Shown here piece by piece: positions 36,546 to 49,389 of a DNA stretch of 64,000 nt. The stretch lies in NCBI GenBank assembly GCA_038087875.1, contig CM075988.1, positions 17,982,001 to 18,046,000 on the forward strand. The letters run 5' to 3'. The DNA comes from Malacoraja senta. Its lineage: Eukaryota. The stretch's first letter is position 1. Each line of letters begins with the position of its first letter. The notes beneath the pieces were generated by a model. The model did not search any database and was not told the DNA's origin. It saw only the letters and a list, made by a program, of their open reading frames with translations. A program made the position numbers and the translations under genes.

Positions 36546-37689
36546 GGTATTTGCAGTTATGCTACAATTTTTCAGGGACATTTATAACGAGAGAAGACGT
36601 ATTTTAGTGCCAACTTTGATCTTTCTATCCACTCGTTGTGCAGGATGAATTTGCAGCTCTGGTTCTGATTGATTTGTCAGTTTGCTTTTCCAGCCTTTCT
36701 GCTCTGCCAATGTCTAATGATTTACATTTCATCAGAGCAATGACACTTCCTGTAGTGCAATTTTTTAAAAACAAGTCAGTCTTTTATGGTCTTAAATCTT
36801 GTGTTTTATGGTCTTAAACATACTAATGGTGAAATTCCCAGGTTGTGTTGTGTGCCAGTGAAATGAACTGACAGAGGATTGGTGTTGCATGTGGCAGAGT
36901 ATGAGAGAAGTCTCAGTTTTGCCAGCTCATACTGGGTTTTCATCGACAAACATTAATTTCCTTGTTTGCCCATGCCCTTGTTCCACCTTAACGCAACTTT
37001 CTCCAGCACCATCTGACTTCTGAGAGCATGTGATTGCTGTCTTTCTGCATCTGTGTGATCATGTGAGCCTTCCGTGTCTGCATGAACATTGGTGAATGAG
37101 CCTCTGTTATTCCTGTCATGTGCTCCGGACTTCTCATTTTTGTACTTTCTTTACCTTTAAAAGGTCATCTAAAAACGTAGTTCTTTAATCTTGTGAGTGT
37201 TGTTGTCTGGCCCCTGCTGTATCTCTGCTGTTATTATCCACTCTGCTACCTCTGTTTAGGATGGGGTGGTATAGTGGTGCGAGCAGGACTAGTACAGTGT
37301 GCCGAGGCCTAGATTTCCCATCCAGAGACACCATTTCAAAGTGGGTTTTAAATTCCTATAAATAAACTCTAACATTCACTCAGCCACCATTGCACTGAAG
37401 ACAGTTTTATTGATCACTAGGCCAAGTGGGACCCGTTGGGTCCCGTCTCCTCAACGCGCAGTTGCAGGGGGGGAGGGCGGCCTGCGGCGTCACACACTCA
37501 CTGACCACCCCCCCACACACACACATACACACACACTAACCAGCCCCCACACACACATACTAACCACCCCCCTTGATATTATATTAATATTATTCATTCG
37601 CTCCTTTTACCCCATCCCCCGCCCTATCCACTCACGCATAGCCCCCAACTCGCAGGCGCGGCTAGAGAGGGAGAGGGAGGGGGTAGAGA

Positions 37690-37950
37690 GAGCGAGGGCA
37701 GAGGCGGGCAGGGGCAGAGGCAGAGGGCAAGGGCAGGGGCAGAGGAGCAGAGGGCAGGGACAGAGGGCAGATGCAGAGGCAGAGGGAAGAGAAAGAGGCA
37801 GAGGGCAGGGACAAAGGGCAGAGGCAGATGGCAGGGGACAAAGGCAGCGGGCAGAGGGCAGGGGCAGAGGTAGCGGGTAGAGGCAGAGGGCAGAGGCAGT
37901 GGGTAGAGGCAGAGGGCAGTGAGAGGGCAGCGACAGAGGCAGAGAGCGGC
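37690..37950. repeat. Degenerate (GGCAGA/GGGCAGA)n purine-rich tandem repeat
   Basis: Seen directly; lies inside the Helitron. Confidence 0.9.
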
Positions 37951-38408
37951 AGCAACCTCCCCACCATGCGCCGACATGTGGACCCCGATTGAGGCGGCGA
38001 GGGGGTGAGAGGGTGGGCGGGCGAGCTAGCGAGCGAGCATCGATCAAAGGACCGCGTGTTGGGCCGCCGCAGTCTTCAGCTATGATCTTTGGTCTTCAGT
38101 CCAGGGTCCGATTTCATCTCCGGCTGCGTCTTTTGAATAACGGGGGGAGGACAGAGGGGTGGGAGAAGTGACTTCACTCGCAGTGCGAGGAAGAAGGCAC
38201 GCAGACCCATTGTGATGTCATCAGCGAAAGACGGGCGTTTTTAAATTCAAAGTTTTGTCAGATTATTGAGCATTTTCATTAATAACTCGAGAAATAAAGC
38301 ATGAAATTTTCAGATAAGGTGATTTTGGACTCCAGGGGGGAAATGTCTACCGGAATATGTAAAAATGCTACCGTTACCGCAACGTTTTTTTTCGCAAAGA
38401 TGAAATTA

Positions 38409-38434
38409 CACACAAACACACGCACACACACACA

Positions 38435-38479
<45 letters not shown>

Positions 38480-38608
38480 ACAGACAGACAGACAGACAGA
38501 CACAGACACAGACACAGACACAGACACAGACACAGACACAGACACAGACACAGACACAGACACAGACACAGACACAGACACAGACACAGACACAGACACA
38601 GACACAGA
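38409..38608. repeat. Compound microsatellite (CA)n-(CACG)n-(CAGA)n-(GACACA)n, resuming at 39990-40040
   Basis: Seen directly; split by the CR1 insertion. Confidence 0.95.
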
Positions 38609-39988
38609 GAAACATAGAAAGTAGGTGCGAGAGCAGACCACCAGGCCCATCGAGCCCGCACCGCCATTCGCTCATGGCTGAACACTAAACAGACACCCTT
38701 ACCCACAAACAGTAGACACAAGACACAGAACACAAGACACTACCCTCCCCTTTATATCGCTATCACCCCTCTCCACCCCAAGAACCGCGTGATCTCCTGG
38801 GGGAGGCAAAAAAACGGATAAAAACCCAGGTCCAATTCGGGAAAAAAATCCGGGAAATTCCTCTCCGACCCCAATCCAGGCGATCGACACTTGTCCAGGA
38901 GATCACTCAGGTCTTACTATACTAACCATACCTAGGTCCATATCCCTGCCCTCTCCCCGTAGCCCCTTATCCCCTTGGCAGCTAAAAAACCATCTATTTT
39001 AGACTTAAATATATTTAATGTTTCTGCTTCCACTGCTCCCTGGGGCAGTGAATTCCATAAATTAACCACCCTCTGGGTGAAGAAGTTCTTCCTCATCTCA
39101 GTTTTAAAAGAGCCCCCTCTTATTCTACAACTATGTCCCCTAGTTCTAGTTTCCCCGATCATTGGGAACATCCTCGGTGCATCCACCCGATCAAGGCCCC
39201 TCACGATCTTATATGTTTCAATGAGATCGCCTCTCATTCTTCTAAACTCCAAAGAGTAGAGTTCCAGCCTACTTAACCTTTCCTCATATGTCAATCCCCT
39301 CATTGCAGGAATTAATCTTGTAAACCTTCGCTGCACTGCCTCCAGGGCCAGTACATCCTTTCTTAAGTATGGACCCCAGAACTGTACACAGTATTCCAAA
39401 TGTGGTCTCACTAATACTGTGTACAGCTGCAGCAAGACCTCCGTGTTTTTATACTCAATCCCCCTAGCAATAAAGGGGCATTGGCCTTCCTGATTGCTTG
39501 CTGCACCTGCATACTAACTTTTAGTGATTCATGTACTACTACCCCTAGATCCCTTTGCGTTGCATTACAACGCAGCTCCACCTCATTTAGAAAATAACTT
39601 GCCCTATCATTTTTTTTCCCAAAGTGAATGACTTCACATTTATTAGTATTAAATTTCATCTGCCAAGTTGTTGCCCACTCACCTAGCTTATCTATATCCT
39701 TTTGCAGACTCTTCCTATCCTCCTCATCCCCTACTTTTCCTCCCATTTTTGTATCGTCCGCAAATTTTGATATATTACACTTGGTTCCCTCCTCCAAATC
39801 ATTTATATAAATTGTGAACAACTGGGGTCCCAGCACCGACCCTTGCGGAACCCCGCTAGTTACCGGTTGCCATCCCGAGTATGAACCATTTATCCCCACT
39901 CTCTGCTTCCTATTTGTTAGCCAATCCTCTACCCATGCTAATATATTACCCCCAATCCCATAATTTTTTATTTTTAGCAATAGTCTCT
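38609..39988 (-). mobile_element. Young CR1 LINE, 5'-truncated (RT C-terminal half plus long 3' UTR)
   Basis: [71 protein letters not shown] tail on +. Confidence 0.93.
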
Positions 39989-41119
39989 TAGACACAGACA
40001 CAGACACAGACACAGACAGACAGACAGACAGACAGACACAAAAATAAACATCAAAGATCAGAGTTTTATAAGTATATGGAGATTGCTGAGAATAAGTGCA
40101 AGGTTACTTTAGAAAAACATTGCCTGCCCCAATCTACTTTAATGTATAATATGTTTAATAATTACCTGTTTTTGCAATAAAAGGCTGCATCTTCAGCATG
40201 CTTTCATTAGTGGGATCTTTGTCAGCAGGTCATTGGGCTTCCTTGTCTGAAATAATACATGGCTACAATGACCGGCCTGTTCAGTATCTAGTGGTAGTCT
40301 CCATGCGAAAGACAGCAAAAATGCAGATGGAAACCGTGATTCATGATGAAAATAATGTTACCACTTGGAACTGGATTTAAACAATACAAATCCACTCTAC
40401 CACCAGTGGAGAAATCTTTTCTTTTTCGTTCCATGAATTTATAGGTTAGATTAAAATCTTGGTTTCACAAATGAAATGGTATTGTGTTAACTGACTGAGC
40501 CTGCTACTTTTGCTGAATTGTAATCAAGTATTTTTTTGATTGTAAACAAAAAAATGTTGAATGAACTCATCGGGTCAGGCAGCATCTGTGGAGGGAATGG
40601 ACAGATGACATTTCTGGATGGGGATTCTTCAGTAATGGAGCAGAGGGGAGAAAGCTGGTAGAGAGGTGGAGGTGGGTAAGAACTGGAAAATGATAGATGG
40701 ATTCTGGTGAGGAGAGGTCGTGTGGCAGGCGAGTCAGGTGGAAGAGATGGGTGAGGGGGGTTTTGTATTGTCAGCGATGCCCAACATGATTGTAGTCTAG
40801 AAACAAACAACTGCTGATGCTGATTAATACACAAATGAACAAAAGAGCTGGAGTAACTCAGTGGGTCAGGCAACATCTCTGGAGAACTTGAATAGGTGAT
40901 GCTTCAGGTCGAGAATCTTCTTTAGACTGATTGTAGGGAGGGAGAAGAAAGTTGGAAAAGAGGATTCCGCTGATACTAGTTTAATTATTGGTGAGAGGGA
41001 CATTCGGAGCGAGGATGTTTTTTTAGTAAGACTAAAATGACTGCTTTGAAAATACTAAGATTCCTTTTATCAGCTGCTGCTTCCAGTCAGGAATTAAATG
41101 TCTCCTTCTTGTACCACAG

Positions 41120-41249
41120 CAACAGTTGCAGTCCTATGTGGTGTGGGTCAACTCCCAATTGAAGAAAAAGCCTGGACTGAATCCAGTGCAAGACTTACGG
41201 CAAGACCTGCGTGATGGAGTGGTGTTGACACATCTTGTGGAGATCGTGG
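41120..41249 (+). CDS. DIXDC1: DIXDC1-family coding exon 2, start of CH domain (QQLQSYVVWVNSQLKKKPGLNPVQDLRQDLRDGVVLTHLVEIV)
   Basis: Pyrimidine tract plus CACAG acceptor, 130 nt, donor G|GTCAGT (phase 1). WVNSQL and DLRDGV are calponin-homology motifs matching Dixin. Too short to appear in the ORF track. Confidence 0.93.
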
Positions 41250-41529
41250 GTCAGTATATGCAAGTTATGTCCATCTGTGTCTCGTCTTGGAACATTTAAA
41301 ATTCTGTCTTACATTCCAGATATTTTGATAACCATATCCTTGCATTGGGATTTACAGCGATGGGTTTTTTAACATTTACTAACCAGACGTTTTCAAAGAC
41401 GGAGAACAGGAATAAATTGTCACGCTTAAAGAATTAAGGATTAAGAGTTATTGAATATTTTCATTCATTTTCCCACGTGCAAAAATATTGTTTGCAAGTA
41501 GCATGAGGATATAATATTTTGGTGAAAAC

Positions 41530-41620
41530 AAGGAACTACAGCTGCAGGTAAACAAAAAAAGACACAAAGTGCTGGAGTAACTCAGCCAGTCTGACCTATG
41601 CCGCTGAGTTACTCCAGCAC
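41530..41620. repeat. Short palindromic repeat made of inverted Penelope-end sequence
   Basis: Perfect 18-bp stem GTGCTGGAGTAACTCAGC / GCTGAGTTACTCCAGCAC (41569-41586, 41603-41620) with a 16-nt loop. Longer versions at about 47860-48010 and 57335-57505. Confidence 0.75.
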
Positions 41621-42042
41621 AATATTTTGGAATATTGGAACATCTAATACGCTAGTTTATAAGAGAGGGAACTGTCCTTAACAAATAAATGACTAACTGT
41701 AGGTGAGCTGCTGTCAAAGACGAGTGCTTACTAAACCAAGGCATCAGAGAGAAATCCAAATGACAGCAACATTGATTCAGATCTGAGAACAAGCTGAGTG
41801 TGGGATATGTAATTAAAAAGTAAAAGGCAAAACATCTGGTAGATATATTTTAAAATGTTCAAGAAAACATGTCTTCATTTAAAGTTGATATTGCATATTT
41901 ATTAATATAAAGCTAATTTTAAGTATGGTTCTTTATCTCAGCTTGTGACAATCTTAACCAATGTTAAGATTGAGAGTTTGGACAATTGCAACAGTATTGC
42001 GTGTGACAGACTTCTGTTATTGCAGTTCTGTTATTGCAGTGC

Positions 42043-45000
42043 TTTGGCAGGATAGATTGGAGGGCTCATCTAGGGAGGCTATTTGGGTGGAACTGAGAAA
42101 TGGGAAAGGTGTAGCAACACTTATAGGGGTGTATTATAGACCGCCTAATGGGGAGCGAGAATTGGAAGAGCAAATATGTAAGGAGATAGCAGATATTAGT
42201 AGTAAGCACAAGGTAGTGATTGTGGGAGATTTCAATTTTCCACACATAGACTGGGAAACACATTCTGTAAAAGGGCTGGATGGTTTGGAGTTTGTAAAAT
42301 GTGTGCAGGGTAGTTTTTTGCAGCAATACATAGAGGTACCTACTAGAGAAGGGGCAGTGCTGGACCTCCTGTTAGGAAATGAGACAGGGCAGGTGGTGGA
42401 GGTATGCGTCGGGGAGCACTTCGGGTCCAGTGATCACAATACCATTAGTTTCAATATAATTATGGAGAGGGTCAGAACTGGACCTAGGGTTGAGATTTTT
42501 GATTGGAGTAAGGCTAACTTTGAGGAGATACGAAAGGATTTAAAAGGAGTGAATTGGGACATGTTGTTTTATGGGAAGGATGTAGAAGAGAAATGGAGGA
42601 CATTTAAAGGTTAAATTTTAAGAGTACAAAATCTTTATGTCCCTGTTCGGTTGAAAGGAAATAGTAAAAATTGGAAAGAGCCATGGTTTTCAAGGGAAAT
42701 TGGATACTTGGTTCGGAAAAAGAGAGAAATCTACAATAATTATAGGCAGCATGGAGTAAATGAGGTGCTTGAGGTGTATAAAGAATGTAAAAAGAATATT
42801 AAGAAAGAAATTAGAAAAGCTAAAAGAATATATGAGGTTGCTTTGGCAAGTAAGGTGAAAGTAAATCCAAAGGGTTTCTGCAGCTATATTAATAGCAAAA
42901 GGATAACAAGGAATAAAATTGGTCCATTAGAGAGTCAGAGTGGACAGCTATCTGCAGAGCCAAAAGAGATGGGGGAGATATTGAACAATTTCTTTTCTTC
43001 GGTATTCACCAAGGAGAAGGATATTGAATTATGTGAGGTAAGGGAAACAAGCAGAGTAGCAATGGAAACTATGAGATTCAAAGAAGAGGAGGTGCGGACA
43101 CTTTTGAAAAATATGAAAACGGATAAGTCTCCAGGTCCTGACAGGATATTCCCTCGGACATTGAGGGAAGTTAGTGTAGAAATAGCAGGGGCTATGACAG
43201 AAATATTTCGAATGTCATTAGAAACGGGAATAGTGCCGGAGGATTGGCGTACTGCGCATGTTGTTCCGTTGTTTAAAAAGGGTTCTAAGAGTAAACCTAG
43301 CAATTATAGACCTGTTGGTTTGACGTCAGAGGTGGGTAAATTAATGGAAAGGATACTTAGAGATAATATATATAAGCATCTGGATAAGCAGGGTCTGATT
43401 AGGAACAGTCAACATGGATTTGTGCCTGGAAGGTCATGTTTGACTAATCTTCTTGAATTTTTCGAAGAGGTTACTAGGGAAATTGATGAGGGTAAAGCAG
43501 TGGATGTTGTCTATATGGACTTCAGTAAGGCCTTTGACAAGGTTCCTCATGGAAGGTTGGTTAAGAAGATTCAATTGTTGGGTATTAATGGTGGAGTAGC
43601 AAGATGGATTCAACAGTGGCTGAATGGGAGATGCCAGAGAGTAATGGTGGATGGCTGTTTGTCAGGTTGGAGGCCGGTGACAAGTGGGGTGCCTCAGGGG
43701 TCTGTTGGGTCCACTGTTGTTTGTCATGTACATCAATGATCTGGATGATGGTGTGGAAAATTGGATTAGTAAGTATGCAGATGATACTAAGATAGGTGGT
43801 GTTGTGGATAATAGAAACATAGAAACATAGAAAATAGGTGCAGGAGTAGGCCATTCGGCCCTTCGAGCCTGCACCGCCATTCAATATGATCATGGCTGAT
43901 CATCCAACTCAGTATCCCGTACCTGCCTTCTCTCCATATCCCCTGATCCCCTTAGCCACAAGGGCCACATCTAACTCCCTCTTAAATATAGCCAATGAAC
44001 TGGCCTCAACTACCCTCTGTGGCAGAGAGTTCCAGAGATTCACCACTCTCTGTGTGAAAAAGTTTTTCCTCATCTCGGTCTTAAAGGATTTCCCCCTTAT
44101 CCTTAAGCTGTGACCCCTTGTCCTGGACTTCCCCAACATCGGGAACAATCTTCCTGCATCTAGCCTGTCCAACCCCATAAGAATTTTGTACGTTTCTATA
44201 AGATCCCCTCTCAATCTCCTAAATTCTAGCGAGTATAAGCCAAGTCTATCCAGTCTTTCTTCATATGAAAGTCCTGACATCCCAGGAATCAGTCTGGTGA
44301 ACCTTCTCAAATGAAGTAGATTTTCAAAGTCTACAGAGAGATTTAGGCCATTTGGAAGAGTGGGCTGAAAGATGGCAGATGGAGTTTAATGCTGATAAAT
44401 GTGAGGTGCTACATCTTGGCAGGACAAATCAAAATAGGACGTACATGGTAAATGGTAGCGAATTGAGGAATGCAGTTGAACAGAGGGATCTAGGAATAAC
44501 TGTGCATAGTTCCCTGAAGGTGGAATCTCTGTAGATAGGGTGGTAAAGAAAGCTTTTGGTGTGCTGGCCTTTATAAATCAGAGCATTGAATATAGAAGTT
44601 GGGATGTAATGTAAAAATTGTACAAGGCATTGGTGAGGCCAATTCTGGAGTATGGAGTACAATTTTGGTCGCCTAATTATAGGAAGGATGTCAACAAAAT
44701 AGAGAGAGTACAGAGGAGATTTACTAGAATGTTGCCTGGGTTTCAGCAACTAAGTTACAGAGAAAGGTTGAACAAGTTAGGTCTTTATTCGTTGGAGCGC
44801 AGAAGGTTAAGGGGGGATTTGATAGAGGTCTTTAAAATGATGAGCGGGTTAGATAGAGTTGACGTGGATAAGCTTTTCCCATTGAGAGTAGGGAAGATTC
44901 AAACAAGGGGACATGACTTGAGAATTAAGGGACAGAAGTTTAGGGGTAACATTACGGGAAACTTCTTTACTCAGAGAGTGGTAGCTGTGTGGAATGAGCT

Positions 45001-45229
45001 TCCAGTGGAAGTGGTGGAGGCAGGTTCAATTTTATCCTTTAAAAATAGATTGGATGGGTATATGGACGTGAAAGGAATGGAGGGTTATGGTCTGAGTGCA
45101 GGTAGATGGGACTAGGGGGAAGTAAGCAGAAAGAAGGGGGGAAAAAAGAAAAATAAAAAAAAAAGTTCGGCACGGACTTGAAGGGCCGAGATGGCCTGTT
45201 TCCGTGCTGTAATGGTTATATGGTTATAT
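42043..45229 (+). mobile_element. CR1 LINE, ORF2 from mid-endonuclease to 3' end, disrupted
   Basis: EN motifs GVYYRPP, VGDFNFPHIDW, SDH; RT motifs KSPGPD, QHGF, DFSKAFDKVPH, GVPQGS, YADDTK; several stops and frameshifts; (TGGTTATA)n tail. Confidence 0.95.
43813..44308 (-). mobile_element. Young CR1 3' fragment inserted antisense into the RT of the larger CR1
   Basis: Host reads GTGGATAAT|...|AATGAAGTAGAT (AAT on both sides); insert has an (AGAAACAT)n tail and an intact 133-aa C-terminal ORF. Confidence 0.92.
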
Positions 45230-45432
45230 TGTGAAGAGATGTATGTCGGCATTTTTAAGCAAGAGTCACGGGCTGTTATCTTTTGTTTGACGGAGGTTAA
45301 AACAGCTGGTTATGTCAGAAGCCTGGGCCTTCAGATATTTTACATATATACATACATTATGAACAAATAATGGCAGTGATATATGAATTTTATTATTTAT
45401 GATAATTTGTTTTGTTTTATTCTGTCGTAAAG

Positions 45433-45558
45433 CGGGTGAGCGACTCAGTGATGTTTGCCTCAACCCCAGCAGCCAGAAGGAAATGAAGGACAATGTGGAG
45501 AAAGTGCTCCAGTTCATAGCCTCCAAAAAGATTCGTATGCACCAGACTTCAGCTCGTG
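45433..45558 (+). CDS. DIXDC1: DIXDC1-family coding exon 3 (AGERLSDVCLNPSSQKEMKDNVEKVLQFIASKKIRMHQTSAR)
   Basis: T-rich tract plus AAG acceptor, 126 nt, donor G|GTGAGT, phases 1/1. NVEKVLQFIASKKIRMHQTSA is nearly identical to recalled Dixin. Confidence 0.94.
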
Positions 45559-46642
45559 GTGAGTTTGTAGCAACTTCCCTTTATAGTAAAGCCTTTAAGG
45601 TTTAAAAAAGTACGTTCCTAGGTGCTTCAGAGATATGTAGACAACCATCCTGACTGGAAGAGGAGTACAGGTGTGGGCTGGCCAGAAGTGATATTTGAAG
45701 GGGATTGAGTCAGAGAAGTTTAGGCATGAAGACTCGAGTCTAAGTGACCGAAACAATGGTCATCCACGATGATGCAAAGGGAGAGGTTGGGGGCGATCTG
45801 CAGTCAGCAATGCTCAGAAGAACTTTCTGGGAAGGGGATGTGTTTGGAGGATGTGAAGCGAGACAGTGAAGGGATGAAAAAATTAAAGTGCATTTGCATT
45901 TGCAATGTGGACTAGCACATTTGGGCGTAATGGGTAAGTGGTACCTGGTGTATAATATGAACAGGCCTGCCCTGGTTTTAACTGAGTTTAATTTTGTTGA
46001 GGATGGATACAATTATTGATAACAGCAAAATACTGCAGATGCTAAAAATATGAAATATACATGCTGGAAATAACCACCACTTCATATTTCCTGATAATCA
46101 TCTTAAACCTGACCCAGGCACTGGTCTGTGATCAGTTTGTGTGGCTTCACTTCCAGCTGTAAAGTGCTGACGGGACCGTTATCTCAAGTGTGATGTCTAC
46201 CACAGCTGCTGGCAGTGACAGGAGCATCGATTTCAGCTGATGGATTTATCTCTCTGTAGTTATCTTGAGAGAGAATGTTATAGTTTCCTTCATTATTGTG
46301 CGGATAACAAATTGCATTGCTGATTTTTAACAATAAATTAGGTATGCCTTTCAACATGAAAGGTAATTTATTTAATTATAACATTGGTGATTAGTATGAA
46401 GCTTTCTCTGACAACATAAATAATTGACAGCCAAATAAACAGTCAAATCGGGGCTTTCAGGCAAGGTGCTGCCTGCATATATCTTCACATTGTTCCTGTA
46501 TAGCCAAGAGTCCAAGGGAAACTGGATTGTTCTTGATCATCCCCGTACAATTGATATAGATTTCTTATGAGAAGGAAATGTTAAGAAAAGAATGTCCAGG
46601 GATTACTGGAACTCAAAGTTTTAATTTTTCTTGATTGAACAG

Positions 46643-46901
46643 ACATCGTTGAAGGGAACTTGAAATGTGTGATGCGACTGATTCTGGCTCTGGCAGCTCA
46701 CTTCAAACCATCTGGTGTTAGATCAGCAAGCCAAAGGTCTGCAGCAGCCCTGGGGAGCAATACCGCTGTTCCAGTGGACAATCATCGGCCGCTGTCTGCG
46801 ACGGCCATGGTGCAGAACGCTGCCGCCGCTCTCGCTGAGGCCCGCCACGATGTTTCACGCTCTGGTCGGGAGGTATTCCGCTACAAGCAGGAGATTCCCA
46901 G
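46643..46901 (+). CDS. DIXDC1: DIXDC1-family coding exon 4 (DIVEGNLKCVMRLILALAAHFKP...HDVSRSGREVFRYKQEIP)
   Basis: Acceptor TTGAACAG, 259 nt, donor CAG|GTGAGA (phase 2). DIVEGNLKxxMRLILALAAHFKP closes the CH domain. Confidence 0.94.
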
Positions 46902-48110
46902 GTGAGACCAGGTTCTGTGGTGTTGCATTCCAGTAATTCCATGGAATTCAGTGATACTTCATCGTTGCATTTGTTTTTTTGATATGTGGCTGTAGGATAG
47001 TCCATGCACTGGAAAATACAATTGCTCAGCATTCCTTGTATGATGGCAATTGAATCTGTAAGAAACAAGATTCTATGCACTTGGCGACATTGAACAGCTG
47101 TAAAGAGTAAACCAACCAACACATTTCTAGCAGGCAATACATTTTTTTGGGGGTGAATCAGAAATTGCTTTTCTCTGTCTTTTTCTTTTGCCTTATATGT
47201 TTATAAAGGAATAGATCCTCTTGCCTCAGTTGCACTAGTGAAAGCAAAGGGCCATTGCTTGGCCTTTCCAGTGAAGATGTAAGCACGAGGGCAAAGGCAA
47301 AGGCAACTAATTCTTGCTGTGCAAAGTAGGGTTGGCTGGGGATTGGCAGATTTTCACTGACTAAATCTCTCTCATTTGTCCTTTGATTGAATTCATGTTT
47401 GTCAAGTTGATTGTGTTCTTATCTGTGAAGATAGAATCAAACTATTTCCTTCAAAAGCAAACAATGCTGAAAAAACTCAGACTTGGCAGAATCTTTGGAA
47501 GAAGAAACTTTTTCGGCTCTGTTCTGAACAGCATCAGATTTTTTTGGAGATTTCTAACATCTACAGTTTTGTTTTGCTTGTCAAATGATTTGCTTACTCG
47601 TTATGCCACTTCTTTGTTTCCAGTTATAAGTTCACCAATTTCTGAAAGAAAATCACCTACATTTGTCTTTATTATTTTTCTTTCTGCAGACATGTGGAAG
47701 ATTTTGCAGTTCACTTTATGTTCCTTACAAGTTTTCTGTCATGTACTTATTTTTCCCTCTCAATTCCAGTGTTGCATTTGAGGAGAATTTGATCTGCACA
47801 GGCCCCATTTGGGACATGTGTTAATGAGATGGTGGACTTTAAGTGTAGGAAGGAACTACAAAATGCTGGAGTAACTCAGTGGGTCAGTCAGCATCTCTGG
47901 AGAAAAGGAATAGGTGACATAAGTCTGGAGAAGGATCTCGACCCGAAACGTCACGCATTCCTGCTCTCCAGAGATGCTGCCTGTCCCGCTGAGGTACTCC
48001 AGCTTTTTATGTTTATCTTAGGTGACATTTCAGGTTGAGACCTTTTTTCAGACTGACTTCAGGATTTGAAAGTTAATTTAGGTATACTGTACCCCAAGCC
48101 CAGCATGATA

Positions 48111-48970
48111 TCAAGAGTCAAGAGAGTTTATTGTCATGTGTCCCAGATAGGACAATGAAATTCTTGCTTGCTGCAGCACAATAGAATATTGTAGACATAA
48201 ATACAGAACAGATGAGTGTGTCCATATACCACAGAATATATATATACACACATAAATAAACAGATAAAGTGCAATAGGCTGTTATAGTTCAGAGTTTGTT
48301 TGAAGTTGTGTTTAATAGTCTGATGGCTGTGGGGAATAAGCTGTTCCTGAACCTGGATGTACCAGTTTTCAGGCTCTTGTACCTTCTTCTTGATGGCAGC
48401 AGAGAGATGAGTGTGTGGCCAGGATGGTGTGGGTCCTTGATGATGTTGGCAGCCTTTTTGAGGCAGCGACTGCGATAGATCCCCTCGATGGTAGGGAGGT
48501 CAGAGCCGATGATGGACTGGGCAGTGTTTACAACTTTTTGCAGCCTTTTCCGCTCCTGGACGCTTAAGTTGCCGAAGCAAGCCACGATGCAACCGGTCAG
48601 CATGCCCTCTACTGTGCACCTGTAGAAGTTCGAGAGAGTCCTCCTTGGCTGACTCTCCGTAATCTTCTCAGGAAGTAGAGGCGCTGATGTGCTTTCTTTA
48701 TAATTGCATCAGTGTTCTGGGACCAGGAGAGATCTTCGGAAATATGCACGCCCAGGAAATTGACGTTCTTGACCCTTTCCACCATCGACCCGTTGATATA
48801 AACGGGACTGTGGGTCCCCATCCTACCCCTTCCAAAGTCCACAATCAGTTCCTTGGTTTTGCTGGTGTTGAGAGCCAGGTTATTGTGCTGGCACCATTTG
48901 GTCAATCGGTCGATCTCACTTCTATACTCTGACTCGTCCCCATCAGTGATTCGTCCCACAACAGTGGTGT
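48111..48970 (-). mobile_element. Rex/Babar LINE 3' fragment
   Basis: WCQHNNLALNTSKTKELIVDF...KKAHQRLYFLRRL...FPTAIRLLN; (TCAAGAG)n tail on +. Confidence 0.88.
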
Positions 48971-49389
48971 CGAACTTGAAATGGCGGCTTTAAATGTGGT
49001 CCTTGTGACTCTAAAAAGAAGTATCCAGAAAATGAACTGAGAAATGTTCACTTTTCCTCCACTAGTACAGATAATACTAGTGTGACACGTCAATTTTGAT
49101 CCCTTTTGGCTCCACGTAGTATTCCCAGTGAATAGTTTGTGAATCTGCAGCCCATGGTGCCCTCTGCTGGCTGTTTTCATTTTAACATAAATTCCAGCAC
49201 TGAATGTTGAATCTTTTTGCAGGTAAGTATTTAGCAAGAATTCCAAGAAAATATGGTGAATTCTGGGAAGGTAAAATGAAAACAGAAAATACTGGATATT
49301 CTCAGCAGGTCAGGCAGCATTTGTGGGGAAAGAGACAGAGATAACATTTCAGGTCAATGATTTTTGTTTTAAAGCAAAGTGACAGACTT

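Larger units (their letters stand above)
37417..40082 (-). mobile_element. Non-autonomous Helitron carrying microsatellites and a nested CR1
   Basis: On the minus strand: A|TC 5' end at 40082 and CTAG|T 3' end at 37417, preceded by perfect hairpin GGGACCC-AAC-GGGTCCC (37428-37444); no TSD. Confidence 0.8.

Noticed and set aside
37410..38047. Overlapping RG-rich and PLC-rich ORFs of 73-156 aa
   Set aside because: Stop-free because of the GGCAGA tandem repeat inside the Helitron.
38279..38733. ORFs with SVSV, DTDT, CLCL and CVCV runs
   Set aside because: Translations of the (GACACA)n/(CA)n microsatellite, not genes.
40198..40235. ATG-initiated mini-exon MLSLVGSLSA followed by CAG|GTCATT before exon 2
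   Set aside because: Weak donor in phase 1, incompatible with the phase-0 exon 2.
42651..43739. Longest ORF (362 aa) as an intact or domesticated gene
   Set aside because: Internal piece of CR1 ORF2 bounded by a stop, a frameshift and a nested insertion.
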